In this document: positions 43,031-54,845 of the stretch, one piece after another
How the letters are laid out: every line of letters begins with the position of its first letter
Position numbering within the stretch: the first letter of the stretch is position 1
Assembly: GCA_951406725.2 (NCBI GenBank)
Contig: OX597822.1
Location: 7,378,001-7,442,000, forward strand
Direction of reading: 5' to 3'
From: Octopus vulgaris
Lineage: Eukaryota
DNA length: 64,000 nt
Notes under the pieces: model-generated
The model's input: only the letters and a program-made list of their open reading frames with translations
Databases searched by the model: none
What the model was told of the DNA's origin: nothing
Made by a program: the position numbers and the translations under genes

Positions 43031-43451
43031 AAGAATTTTTTGCGTGATGAGATAAAAAACCAAGTATGTATAGATATTAGAACATTTATAGGTAGAAAGT
43101 ATTACAGCTGTTTCCAGGATATTTATTAATTTAAATATTATAATATTTATTATTTTAAATTCTGTTGAAGTTTACTCATAAGGTATTGGATTCTTACATA
43201 TATACCATGCTGTCTAAAAAAATAGATCTACAACTTCAATATCCCTACATATCTCACAACTATTTCCTTTCCTCCACCTCTCTCTATTTTTTATCCTATC
43301 TAAATTAACTGATACTTAACCGTCCTCTCATCCCGTCTCCGATGAAGGGAAGTAATTAATAAATATCTTGGAAACAGCCGTAAGACCTTCTATCTATAAA
43401 TGTTCTACAGAGCCTTGTTTTTTTTTTATCCCATTACGCAAAAAAATTCTT
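43031..43451. mobile_element. Penelope-like element with inverted arms; hammerhead motif at 43335-43386 (+)
   Basis: 43031-43131 is inverted relative to 43354-43451; GUCU-CCGAUGA-AGGG...CUUG-GAAA-CAGCCG-UA-AGAC. Confidence 0.75.
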
Positions 43452-43577
43452 ATATATATATATATATGCAGATATATATATATACAGACCCATTAGTATA
43501 TATAAACATATATGTATATATGTATATGTATATTTATATATATCTTTATATATATATATATATGTGTATATGTACGT

Positions 43578-43618
<41 letters not shown>

Positions 43619-43622
43619 CACA

Positions 43623-43755
<133 letters not shown>

Positions 43756-44378
43756 TAAAATCCACTCTTGAACCTTCATTAATAACCTAACTAGTTTACA
43801 TGGTACGACGACATGCTAAACAGGTGTAACAAACTTTTTTCTAATATTACACATAACTCTTCTCAAAAATAGCTCATTTTTTATGCGTGGTCGTAAAAAT
43901 TTGCGCTGGCAACACTCGGCACCTCATTAGATATGGGTTGGATTAATTGTAATTGACGCTAAATATATGACTATATCTTAGGGATGCAACCTGGACATAA
44001 ATAGAGAATTGGATGCATTAAAAGAGGTTCAAATTAGTGTCGCAGAAGTAGCAGGAAATTTATGAAAATTAATTTCTACGAATGGGCAAAGGACAGCCTG
44101 CTCTTACATATTAAAATACGCTACATGCATCAGACCTGCATGGGCATAATTATAGAAGTCAAATATGTCCATACACATGTAAACATGTACATTATACGCA
44201 CACATACAGACATGCTTTTCAACAAAACGAAACCGAATGTTTACTCATTAGTGCTGTTGGCTTGTGCAACACATATCGGGACACACGCATCAGTGAAAAG
44301 ATTGGAATCGTGTCGTAAATTTCTAATTATACCAATTTAATAGAAGTCATTTTCCATCGTGTTCTTTCGATATGAAGG

Positions 44379-44440
<62 letters not shown>

Positions 44441-44537
44441 CGGGAAGCTTTATGAAAATAGACAAAAGACGAAGGCAGGTGGAAAACAAACGAACAATTG
44501 TATTAGTATGGCGCTCAGGAAATATAAATAAAACAAG

Positions 44538-44575
44538 TCTTTAACGTTTCGAGCCTACGCTCTTCAACAGAAAGA
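44538..44575 (-). ncRNA. Hammerhead motif with CUGUUGA core in the Penelope-like 3' repeat
   Basis: UCUUU-CUGUUGA-A-GAGC(GUAG)GCUC-GAAA-CGUU-AAAGA; perfect stems I and II. Confidence 0.75.
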
Positions 44576-44747
44576 TACACAGAGAGAGAAAAAACACAGA
44601 AAGAAGGAGAGAAAAAAAATGCGTGCAGTAGCTAACGAATCAACATGGCGATCTGATTTCGGCCAGAGGTCAAAGATCAAACATGAGACGCGAGAGCGAA
44701 ATAAGGGGAGATAATAGGGTTGATAATAGGGTTGAAGGACCAGCTAA

Positions 44748-44808
44748 TAGTGCGTAGGAGGGGTCTGGACGTGTGTATGTATAGGGTTGGTGTATGTATT
44801 AGTATGTA

Positions 44809-44855
<47 letters not shown>

Positions 44856-45090
44856 AGAGAGTATTAGTGCGTAGGATTGGTCTGGACGTGCGTATGTATG
44901 GGGTTGGTGTATGTATTAGTATGTATTAGTACGTATTAGTATGTATAAGTGTGTGTGTGTGTGTATGAGAGAGTATAAGTGCGTATGAGGGGTCTGGACG
45001 TGTGTATGTATAGGGTTGGTGTATGTATTAGTATGTATTAGTATGTATTAGTACGTATTAGTATGTATTAGTTGGTGTATGTATTAGTAT
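44748..45090. repeat. Three ~115 bp tandem units plus (GTATGTATTA)n within the Penelope-like 3' region
   Basis: GTGCGTA..G.GGTCTGGACGTG.GTATGTAT.GGGTTGGTGTATGTATTAG at ~44750, ~44866 and ~44979. Confidence 0.85.
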
Positions 45091-46138
45091 GGCACATCAT
45101 ATATGATGTGATGTGTAAAGTCGTGTGGTGTAGTGAGGAGAAGAGGGGAGGGGGAGAATAGGGGTAAGAGGGGGAGGAGAGGGGGGAATAGGAGATGATG
45201 GGGGAGAGAGAGGAGGGGGAAGGACGGGGAGGGGGAGGAAGGAGGAAAGAGGAGAGGGGGAGAGAGAAGGGGAGAGAGGGAGTGAGGGAGCAGAGGGAAG
45301 GGGAAGAGGGAAGGAGGGAGGGAGAAAGAGGGAAGAAGGGAAGGGGAGTAGGGGTGAAAGGATGAAGGACTGAAGAAGTAGGGGTCGGGGGAAAGGATAG
45401 GTGAGGAGGGGGAGAAGGGGGTTAGATGAGGAGGGTGGAGAGTTGAGACCAAATGGCGTATAAGAGCGAAGAGAGAAGATTAATTCCTGTTCACGGCGCA
45501 AACGGGAATCCGGATGGCCTCTGTGTAAGGACAAACCGAACACAGATAGGTGTTGCAAGGAGTGACCGGTGGAGCGGAAATGGCGTGAGACCGGTGTGTC
45601 GTTCGCAAGGTGGATGTCACGAAGGTGTTCCGCGAACCGGTCAGCCAAGCGGCGTCCCGTTTGTCCGATGTACAAGGAATTGCAGAGAGAGCAAGAGATG
45701 CAATAGATAATATTGCTGGAGGTGCAGGTGAAGGAGTGGATGATGGGATAGGGTCGATGGTGGGTGCTAGTGAGGCGGGTGGTGTTGGAGAGGTAAGGGC
45801 AAGTGCGGCAACGTGGGCGGGAGCAGGGGAACGAGCCGGGTTGGGAGGTAGGGTCAGGGAAGGAGCTATGGACCAAAAGGTCTCGAAGGCTGTGGGCTCG
45901 TTTGAAAGAGGGGAGGGGTCGGTTAGGGAAGAGGTGTGAAGTGGACGGGTCGGACTGGAGATGACGGAAAGCTCGAAGAATGGTGCGTTGGAGACGTAGG
46001 GTCGTGGGGTGGTAAGTGAGGGGAAAAGGGAGGCGGGAGACTACAGGGCGGGTTCGGGGAGAGAGAGCAGATACACGGTCCACGGACCGTATGTGTGTGT
46101 GTGTGTGTTTGTGTGTGTGTATGTATATATATATATAT

Positions 46139-46196
<58 letters not shown>

Positions 46197-46199
<3 letters not shown>

Positions 46200-47000
46200 C
46201 GGAATACGTGATACTCAGTTGGTGCAAAGTCGGGTGAATATGATGGATGACAGAGTGCTTCCAATGCAGTGTTTTGTAATTTGAGTTGCAAGAGAATTCG
46301 CCAGTCTCTGTTTATCAATCTATGCTGTTTAAGTGCAAGTTCACTCATCATTCAACCAAATCGTTGATGTATACATCCGCTGTAATTGACTTACCAGGTC
46401 TCATGATGCCGTAGTGTATGACGCTAGCGCTGGACCACCAAACGGACACCATTAGAGTTTGTTGGCAAATTATCCAACCACCGTACAGAACGCTTGATAT
46501 TGTTGAAAAAAAAACATTTTTCATGACACGTAGTAATACGATGGAAAAATGTTTCGTTTTTATGCCGTGACAGCAAAAACAATAAGTTTCAAGGCGACGT
46601 GTCATTTGACGCTCGTTCAGTTCACGTCGTATAGATTCTTTACCTTGCCTATTTGTTTCAGATGGTCCAATACAATTGCAATGGAAACATCAAACATTGC
46701 TGCTAACTCACTTCAATTTCCTGCTCATAATTATCCACGTTCGTCTCAGGTATACCATGGGGCTGATTTACAAGAGTAAAGTTACCAGACCGGAACTTCT
46801 TAAACCATCGATCTACATTGCACTCATTTGCCAGATTTCACCACCTCGTTGATGCTTTGAGCTGTCTGGGATGCATTCGTTCAAAGACGGAACTAATATT
46901 CATAAACAACACGATTTTTTTCTATCCATAGCTTCACGAAATAATCACACTGTATGAAGTGCAATTCGAAAGGTGAGGATGTAAATCTTCAATGTTGTAA
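46197..47000 (-). mobile_element. Decayed mariner transposase fragment
   Basis: LMVSVWWS..VIHYGIMRPGKSITADVY and CHPSYSPDFAPTEYHVFR; broken at the (TA)n array. Confidence 0.85.
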
Positions 47001-47944
47001 AACAAACATTTGTCAGGATAAATCATTGGACTTAACGACTGTCAAACTTGGTGAATAAGAATATCGGATATTTCGCTCTTAATGACCTTGTAAATACATA
47101 GAAAAAAACATTTATTCCTTACACCATCGCAAATATATACGTGCACAAACCTTGTTTGTAGCCTAACTCAAAATAATATATCTATTTTCCATTAAGTATA
47201 ACAATTTCCGACTTTTATCATTGTTTTCATTTTCTGTCACTCACTTCCAAATCTTTATTCTTATTTTTGCTAGGTTTTCTTTGCGAAGCACGTTCATTCT
47301 TTCTCTACATTTCATTCCATTTATTCTTGCCCCTTTCTTTTGTTCTCCAGTTCTTGTCTCACCGCTCCCTCTGTTCCCCAATCGCAAACTCACATAAGTA
47401 CATAAATACAAATACACGAAATATCAAACAGGTATGTAATACATTTTCGATGTTTAAGCCAAACTTGTTCGGAAACAACTGAAATATATTTTTTTTCCAA
47501 TTGTGAACTGAAGAGATCTTCCTTACAAAAAGATACGCCAGTTGCTTAAAACGTACCACTATGGCATTTTAGAGTATTAAACAGTACCGTCTTCGGACGT
47601 GATGTTTCCGAAGTTAAGATAAAATGCATAAAGCCTTATTGAACGCATTGAAAATTAATTATTGTTCTTCCACTACATTTTAAATAGATCGTAGCTGATC
47701 AGTTATTTATAGCAATGCTAGAAGGCCTGCTTTCTAAAGAGGAACATTTTATTGTTTCGCAGTTGACATTATTAAACACGGTCTTGCTCGGTAAAATGCA
47801 AACTTCGAAAGGTGAAATTCCATGTGAAAGTCCTTATTACATTCAATGAAAGTGTAGAAAATCAGGTTAAATTAATGCAGTTCACAGTTCACTTCTGTGT
47901 GAAACGAGGGAATATATGTATATATATATATTCAATATATTAAA

Positions 47945-48155
47945 AATGTGACCGCGTGTGTACCGTTGGCGATTTTTTTCCTCCGTCTTCCCTTCTTTTG
48001 TATCTTTCCTTTTCCTATGTTTCTGACGAAGAGCTCCGCTCGAAACGTTAAGACCTCCTGCTTTCCTTCTTTCCTGAGCGTCCAATAATACTATACTTGT
48101 TCCACGTCCTCGCCTTGTTGTGTTTTCTATTTGTGTGAACATGTTTGGATTAACT

Positions 48156-48157
<2 letters not shown>
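47945..48157 (+). mobile_element. Short Penelope-like terminal element with canonical hammerhead (48019-48054)
   Basis: GUUU-CUGACGA-A-GAGC(UCC)GCUC-GAAA-CGUU-AAG; (TA)n flanks; partial relative at ~28040-28087. Confidence 0.8.
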
Positions 48158-49072
<915 letters not shown>

Positions 49073-49105
49073 TTCATAAAAAAAAAAATATATATATATA
49101 TAAAC

Positions 49106-49159
<54 letters not shown>

Positions 49160-49160
<1 letters not shown>

Positions 49161-49343
49161 AGCCACTACACACATTTTTTCTCTCCTTCTTTCTCTCTAT
49201 GTTTTTTCTGTGTCCCTTTCTGTAGATGTGCGTAGGCTCGAAACGTAAAATACTTTTTTCTATTCCTGAGCGTTATACTAATACATCTATTTGTTTCGTA
49301 CACCACCTTTCTTCGTCTTTTGTTTTCTTTTTTCGTAAACTCT

Positions 49344-49346
<3 letters not shown>
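49160..49346 (+). mobile_element. Penelope-like terminal-repeat fragment with CUGUAGA hammerhead variant (49217-49250)
   Basis: Reverse complement of the 44440-44640 family; (TA)n on both sides. Confidence 0.78.
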
Positions 49347-49412
<66 letters not shown>

Positions 49413-49416
<4 letters not shown>

Positions 49417-49929
49417 GAGGGTGTTTATTGGACACCCTGCGGGATCAAAAACAAAACCCGTCAAAGGGCGGAGGAACTCTTGGGAGTCAACGACCATCCA
49501 ATAAATGTGCGAGGACCTAGAAATACCTGGTATTTGCCCAGGCGCGCAGAAAGCCTACCAGGGTAGATCAGACCCTGTAGTGTTGACTTTCAAAACTGAT
49601 CTAAGAGACGGAACACTCTTACAAGAAAATACTGCGATCGTTTTATCAACTGACCGTGCACCTGTACAGACCATGTTAATTCGATGGAGTGAGTGTGCTT
49701 TGTGCAGCACAAGCAATGACTACTTTAAACATGTCAAAGCGCCGGTTGTTCAGTAAACCATTTTCACTCAATAACACCTGAGGTTTGTCGCATCGATGGA
49801 GGCTTATTTTTGGTACATGCAAGTGTACCATTCGCGAGAAAGTGTGCAAGACATCTGCTGGATTAAAGGTACACATGCGGTGTCACAAGGCTTAGGAATT
49901 GTTGCGGGTTATTTACTGAGAATCCACCA
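49413..49929 (+). mobile_element. Bipartite RTE-derived element (5'-UTR-like segment plus ORF C-terminus)
   Basis: 3' part encodes CKCTIREKVCKTSAGLKVHMRCHKA*, an RTE-type terminal zinc-finger remnant; 5' part shared with 9548-9632; (TA)n flanks. Confidence 0.65.
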
Positions 49930-50368
49930 TATATATATATATATATATATATAGATATACATAATTGAAGTCGAAAAGGGTTTCTTCTATCCAATATAGC
50001 AGTATAGCAACGTGTTTAATAGAATCCAAAGATGAACTATTTTATTACAATAACGGTATTACAATATAATTCATACATGAAATGTATGAAGTGTTATTAA
50101 CTCGGCTTTGTAGCATTCAAATATGTAACGCTCATCATTGATGATGAAAACATTCGTTTAGGTCATTCAATTCAAGAAACCTCAGACGTAATCAGTGATT
50201 TCTTAAATATCTCGATTATACTGAATATATCTCAATTTGCGTCATAAATATTATCTTGAGGATAATGTAACAAAAAAAAAAAAGAAATTTGCAGCTACTC
50301 AATTGTTGTAGTGGTACTTGTTATTTGATCTAACAATACTGAGAACAATTCAAGTGATTGTTTGAATA

Positions 50369-50460
<92 letters not shown>

Positions 50461-50485
50461 TTATATATATATATATATGTATATT

Positions 50486-50517
<32 letters not shown>

Positions 50518-50524
50518 ATATTAG

Positions 50525-50577
<53 letters not shown>

Positions 50578-50946
50578 TCCTCGTCAAGATACCTAATGCG
50601 ACTGCTTGTGAGATTTAGAAGTAAAATAATATTTTGGTTACAGGATGTTTTGTTGTTCAGTCATACAGGAATATTGATTTCATTGTTGGTCTCGATGAAT
50701 GTCACCTCACAAAATATTTCTTTTACATATATATGCAAAGAATATTCTTTAGATTTAAGTGCATGTATATATTGTGTATCTACATGTAGTATATATTGAA
50801 TATATTTGACTTTCTGCAAATAATAATTTCCTTTTATTGTATTTCAAAATGTAAACTTTACAGATTAAATGTTATCACGCTCACCTACATACGTTATATA
50901 GGCATAAAGAAAATATGCATCCATGTGCGTATATATGAAACTCCCA

Positions 50947-51006
<60 letters not shown>

Positions 51007-51433
51007 CCTCTCTCTCTCTCTCACACACACACACTTTCTCCTATACATATGAATGTTGCACTGTATAGGTGAAATGGGAAAATTGTGAAACCATGCTTAG
51101 AGTAACTTGTAATCTGTTCAAATTGCATTTTGACTTGAGTCATATTTGATATATCGTGTCATCTAGTTCTTGGATATACTGCTTTGGTTACAATACTAGT
51201 TTCACGCATGATCTCGAGAAATGTACCTCATAAGTTCTACTGATTTTTGTGATTACTTTGCTTAAAGATTGCTCTTTTAAAAAAACTACTTTTAGATGAT
51301 ACATGGATATGAAGAATAAGTATGAATAATCGGTATCTTATGCCTCACGTTACCTTTACTGCATTTATGAAAATACTTTAGCTAAATTTCGTACAATGTT
51401 ATTCTGATATCATATCACCAGCGATAGAATACT

Positions 51434-51708
51434 TATTTCTTTATTGCCCACAAGGGGCTAAACATGGATGAAAGGCAAAGTCGACCTCGGCGGAATTCGA
51501 ACTAAGAACGTAACGGCAGACGAAATACCTATTTCTTTACTACCCACAAGGAGCTAAACATAGAGGGGACAAACAAGGACAGAAAAACGGATTAAGTCGA
51601 TTAATCGACCCCAAAAGGATGTAAGGCAAAGTCGACCTCGGCGGAATTTGAACTCAGAACGTAACGGCAGACTAAAAACCGCTAACGTTTCTGCCAGCTC
51701 GCCGCCTT
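51434..51708 (-). mobile_element. Nin-domain-type SINE, internally duplicated, with 12 bp TSD
   Basis: GCCGAGGTCGACTTTGCCTT..ATCC present twice on the minus strand; TSD CGATAGAATACT at 51422-51433 and 51709-51720. Confidence 0.85.
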
Positions 51709-52458
51709 CGATAGAATACTATACCTTTATATAGACAAGCAACAACTGACATATAGGCGCATGTGTATGTAAAGTTAAGAGAAGCACATGTGTATGAATA
51801 ATAAAACTAGTATCCTTAAAAACTGGTGTCATTTGAGAATTATCGAAATTATGAATTATGTGTAGATTTGAGCACCAAATGTATTCTCTCTATTTTACAA
51901 AGTCGATCGTTCAAAGAAAGTTTTATCGCAGATGCAGTTCTACTGATATTTGCTCCAGTCATTTTACTCTTGGCAGGAAACATAGGTGGATAATGCATAA
52001 GTTGTCACAGAAGCTATTATATTTGACAATGTTGAGAGTAGGAATTAGAAATTTTTTTTGCTTTGCTGAAGTATCTGATTTTACTGTGCTTCTAGGAGTT
52101 TCACATTTATAAGTCACATTTCCTACTAACAGTGTGTCCGTTCCTAAATATATTGTGATCTATGATATCGTCAATAAATGATAATGGTGTTATCATCTAA
52201 AGCCTTACTATCCATAATTTAGAGTGGTTTTATTCCGGTTTTATAACATCTTGCATTTTAACGCTTTTCCATTGCATAGAGAGCTGTCAAGAGCGTCTGA
52301 CACGTGTCCATCCAATGTTAATACTTGTAATCTTTCATATTTGCATATTTATTTGTAAATTGCATCTGACGACAGTCTATTCAACGTTTTGTAGACTTTC
52401 GTTACGAGTGATTTTTAATCTAGGATATGCGCTCCTTTTGTTACTTATGATTTTTAAT

Positions 52459-52680
52459 ATACGCGGTGTGTTCAAAAGGTATCCGACTCTATTTTTTTCC
52501 CTCCAAAGCCAAAGCCATGTGGGCGAGATCCTTTGGGTAGCTGATGTCACAAACATTCCTATGCAAGTGCCAATATCTTGGCATCGGTAGGCCGTCTCAA
52601 TTTTTGGCCGTTTAGTCTGCAGTAGAGATGTATGGTGTGCACTCGTCGGATTTTCGCTTTCACCGAATACATCGAGCAGG
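52459..52680 (+). mobile_element. Possible mariner-like 5' end
   Basis: TACGCGGTGTGTTCAAAAGGTATCCGAC resembles mariner TIRs; no partner TIR seen. Confidence 0.35.
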
Positions 52681-52684
52681 GATT

Positions 52685-52740
52685 GTGGTTAAGAGCGGGC
52701 TACTAACCCCAAGATTCTGAGTTCAATCCCAAGCAGTGAT

Positions 52741-52777
<37 letters not shown>

Positions 52778-52891
52778 GTAGTAATAATAATAATAATAAT
52801 TATAATAATAATAATAATAATATTAATAATAATAATATTAATAATAATAATAATAATAATAATAACAACAACAATAATAAGGATGATAATG

Positions 52892-52982
<91 letters not shown>

Positions 52983-53134
52983 TAGTAACTACATCGAAAA
53001 GTACCTTAGGAATGAGAATCTAGGTTCGAAATTTTCCCAATACACCTGATGAAGGATGGAGAGTATATCAGCCAAAACGTCGCGGTGACAACGAACAAGA
53101 CGAGGGCAAATATTCGTGAAATGTAAATCATGTA
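52685..53134 (+). mobile_element. tRNA-headed SINE with internal (TAA)n and a hammerhead-bearing tail
   Basis: GTGGTTAAG (A-box end), B-box GAGTTCAATCCC, (TAA)n at 52744-52980, then ACAC-CUGAUGA-AGGAUG...CAGCC-AAAA-CGUC; tail homologous to 35374-35530 and 60700-60792. Confidence 0.75.
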
Positions 53135-53149
53135 CTTTTATTTTGTGTT

Positions 53150-54228
53150 TTTTTTCTTTTTATAGATACAGTAGGAGCCGCCCACTCTGAGTAGCTTACT
53201 TTTTCAATTACCTCTATGCTTTCCAATCGGTTTAGTTTCTCCTCAGCTTGTCTTAACGTTGCAAAACCACATTCGTTTTCGGTTTGAAGACCAGTACCGT
53301 ATTTTCTTTCTACTCAAACTTTACTTTGATGTTTTTACACGTTCCGATTTCCTTCGAGAACACATCAGGGTACACCTTCTTTAATTTTAATTTCAATTTT
53401 TCCGATGCTTTCTCTGACACGGACTTTGACACATTCATTTTATTACATAGTGTACTCAATGGTAGATCCCACAGGTCGAATTCTTCCATTAAATCTGTAC
53501 AGAAGAGATTCATAGTATTTTTAGATACCATTATTTTACTTCTCCACGTCATTTCTTTCAGTTTTATTTCTGGCGAAATTTCGCAGAAGAACTGAATTCG
53601 TTCCTCTGACACACATCGAGCTATCTTAGTAGATATTTTTTTTGTATACCGGATTTCCTATTTTAATCCATGTTGCCTATTAATTATCGATACGTCTTAA
53701 TCGGTATCTACTTGCATTTTCATCAGAAAACATTTAGTTTTACCGACACAAATTATCGGTTTTCTATGGTATAATTTAATTTTGTTGAGTAGACTTTTTT
53801 CGGTTTATCATTTTTATACATATTTCTACGACCAGCATTTTGATTGTCTATGTCCAATTTCACCGCACTTAAAAGATTTTTTTTTTATTTTTAAAGGGGC
53901 AATCTTTCTTTAAATGCCGATCACCGCAACCATAACACAGTTTCAAATTTATCTGTCCTCTTTTCTCTCAATACTTTCTTTACACGGTTGCATATTCTTC
54001 TTCTTCTTCTTCTTCTTCTTCTTCTTCTTCTTCTTCTTCTTCTTCTTCTTCTTCTTCTTCTTCTTCTTCTTCTTCTTCTTCTTCTTCTTCTTCTTTTAAT
54101 TCCTCTTCTTCTTCTTCTTCTCCTTCTTCTTCTTCTTCTTCTTCTTCTTCTTCTTCTTCTTCTTCTTCTTCTTCTTCTTCTTCTTCTTCGTCTTCTTCTT
54201 CTTCTTCTTCTTCTTCTTCTTCTTCTTC

Positions 54229-54286
<58 letters not shown>

Positions 54287-54845
54287 CATTATTATTATTA
54301 TTTTGTTGTTGTTGTTATTGTTGCTGTTGTCTTCTATATTTCTTGTAACTTCTCGAAGGTTTATTATTTCTTGGCAATCCTCTGTCATTTTCTGCGATAC
54401 CTGCATATGTTACAAAGTTGTCGGATTCATTCTTCTTTAAATTTAAACTCCCACACCGTATGTTAAACAGCGAACATTTTTTTCGTTCAAAATATTTATC
54501 GTTTCATCAAGAAACAATTTCACGAGTTTTCTCGGCAAAATAAAGTTAGAAACACTTTCGTGTTTCGGAGAGGTAAGTTTTAGCAACAGGACCCTTACAT
54601 TGCCTTCACTAGACCACCCCTTGCATGCCTCTTAGAATATGTCCTCGTATCATCTATAACACGCGGTAAATGTAGTACCTTCATCCGGTTTGTACTGAAA
54701 TTCTACGATGGAGTGAGCAACACCGTCCGCTGAATATGATTCTGTCGTATTTCTCGACGACAGTAACAACTCTGTTAACTTCAGTAGTAGCTGCTGCTGC
54801 TCTTCTTGTTTTACGACTGCCTTCAGTAACTCTTCCATTTCGGTA
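53150..54845 (-). mobile_element. Gypsy-type LTR retrotransposon relic (gag, protease, RT start), interrupted by (GAA)n/(TAA)n
   Basis: gag-like IVEFQYKPDEGTTFTACYR; knuckle remnant CPFK..FKCGEIGH; protease-like MQVDTD; LKKVYPDVFSKEIGTCK; IEKVSYSEWAAPTV. Confidence 0.82.
53995..54325. repeat. Compound (CTT)n-(ATT)n-(GTT)n microsatellite
   Basis: Direct reading. Confidence 0.95.

Larger units (their letters stand above)
44440..46090 (-). mobile_element. 5'-truncated Penelope-like retroelement (Neptune-like) with GIY-YIG endonuclease and terminal hammerhead
   Basis: Open frame with LPFPLTYHP, FKRAHSLRDLLV, PCSRPRCRTC, NIIYCISCSLC-LYIGQTGR-RFAEH and EQELIFSL-PFGLN; 3' terminal repeat at 44440-44640; microsatellites at both ends. 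Confidence 0.92.

Noticed and set aside
44748-45090. Repeat-spacer-like pattern suggesting CRISPR
   Set aside because: Spacers are microsatellite-like and non-unique, the context is eukaryotic, and there are no cas genes; it is a minisatellite.
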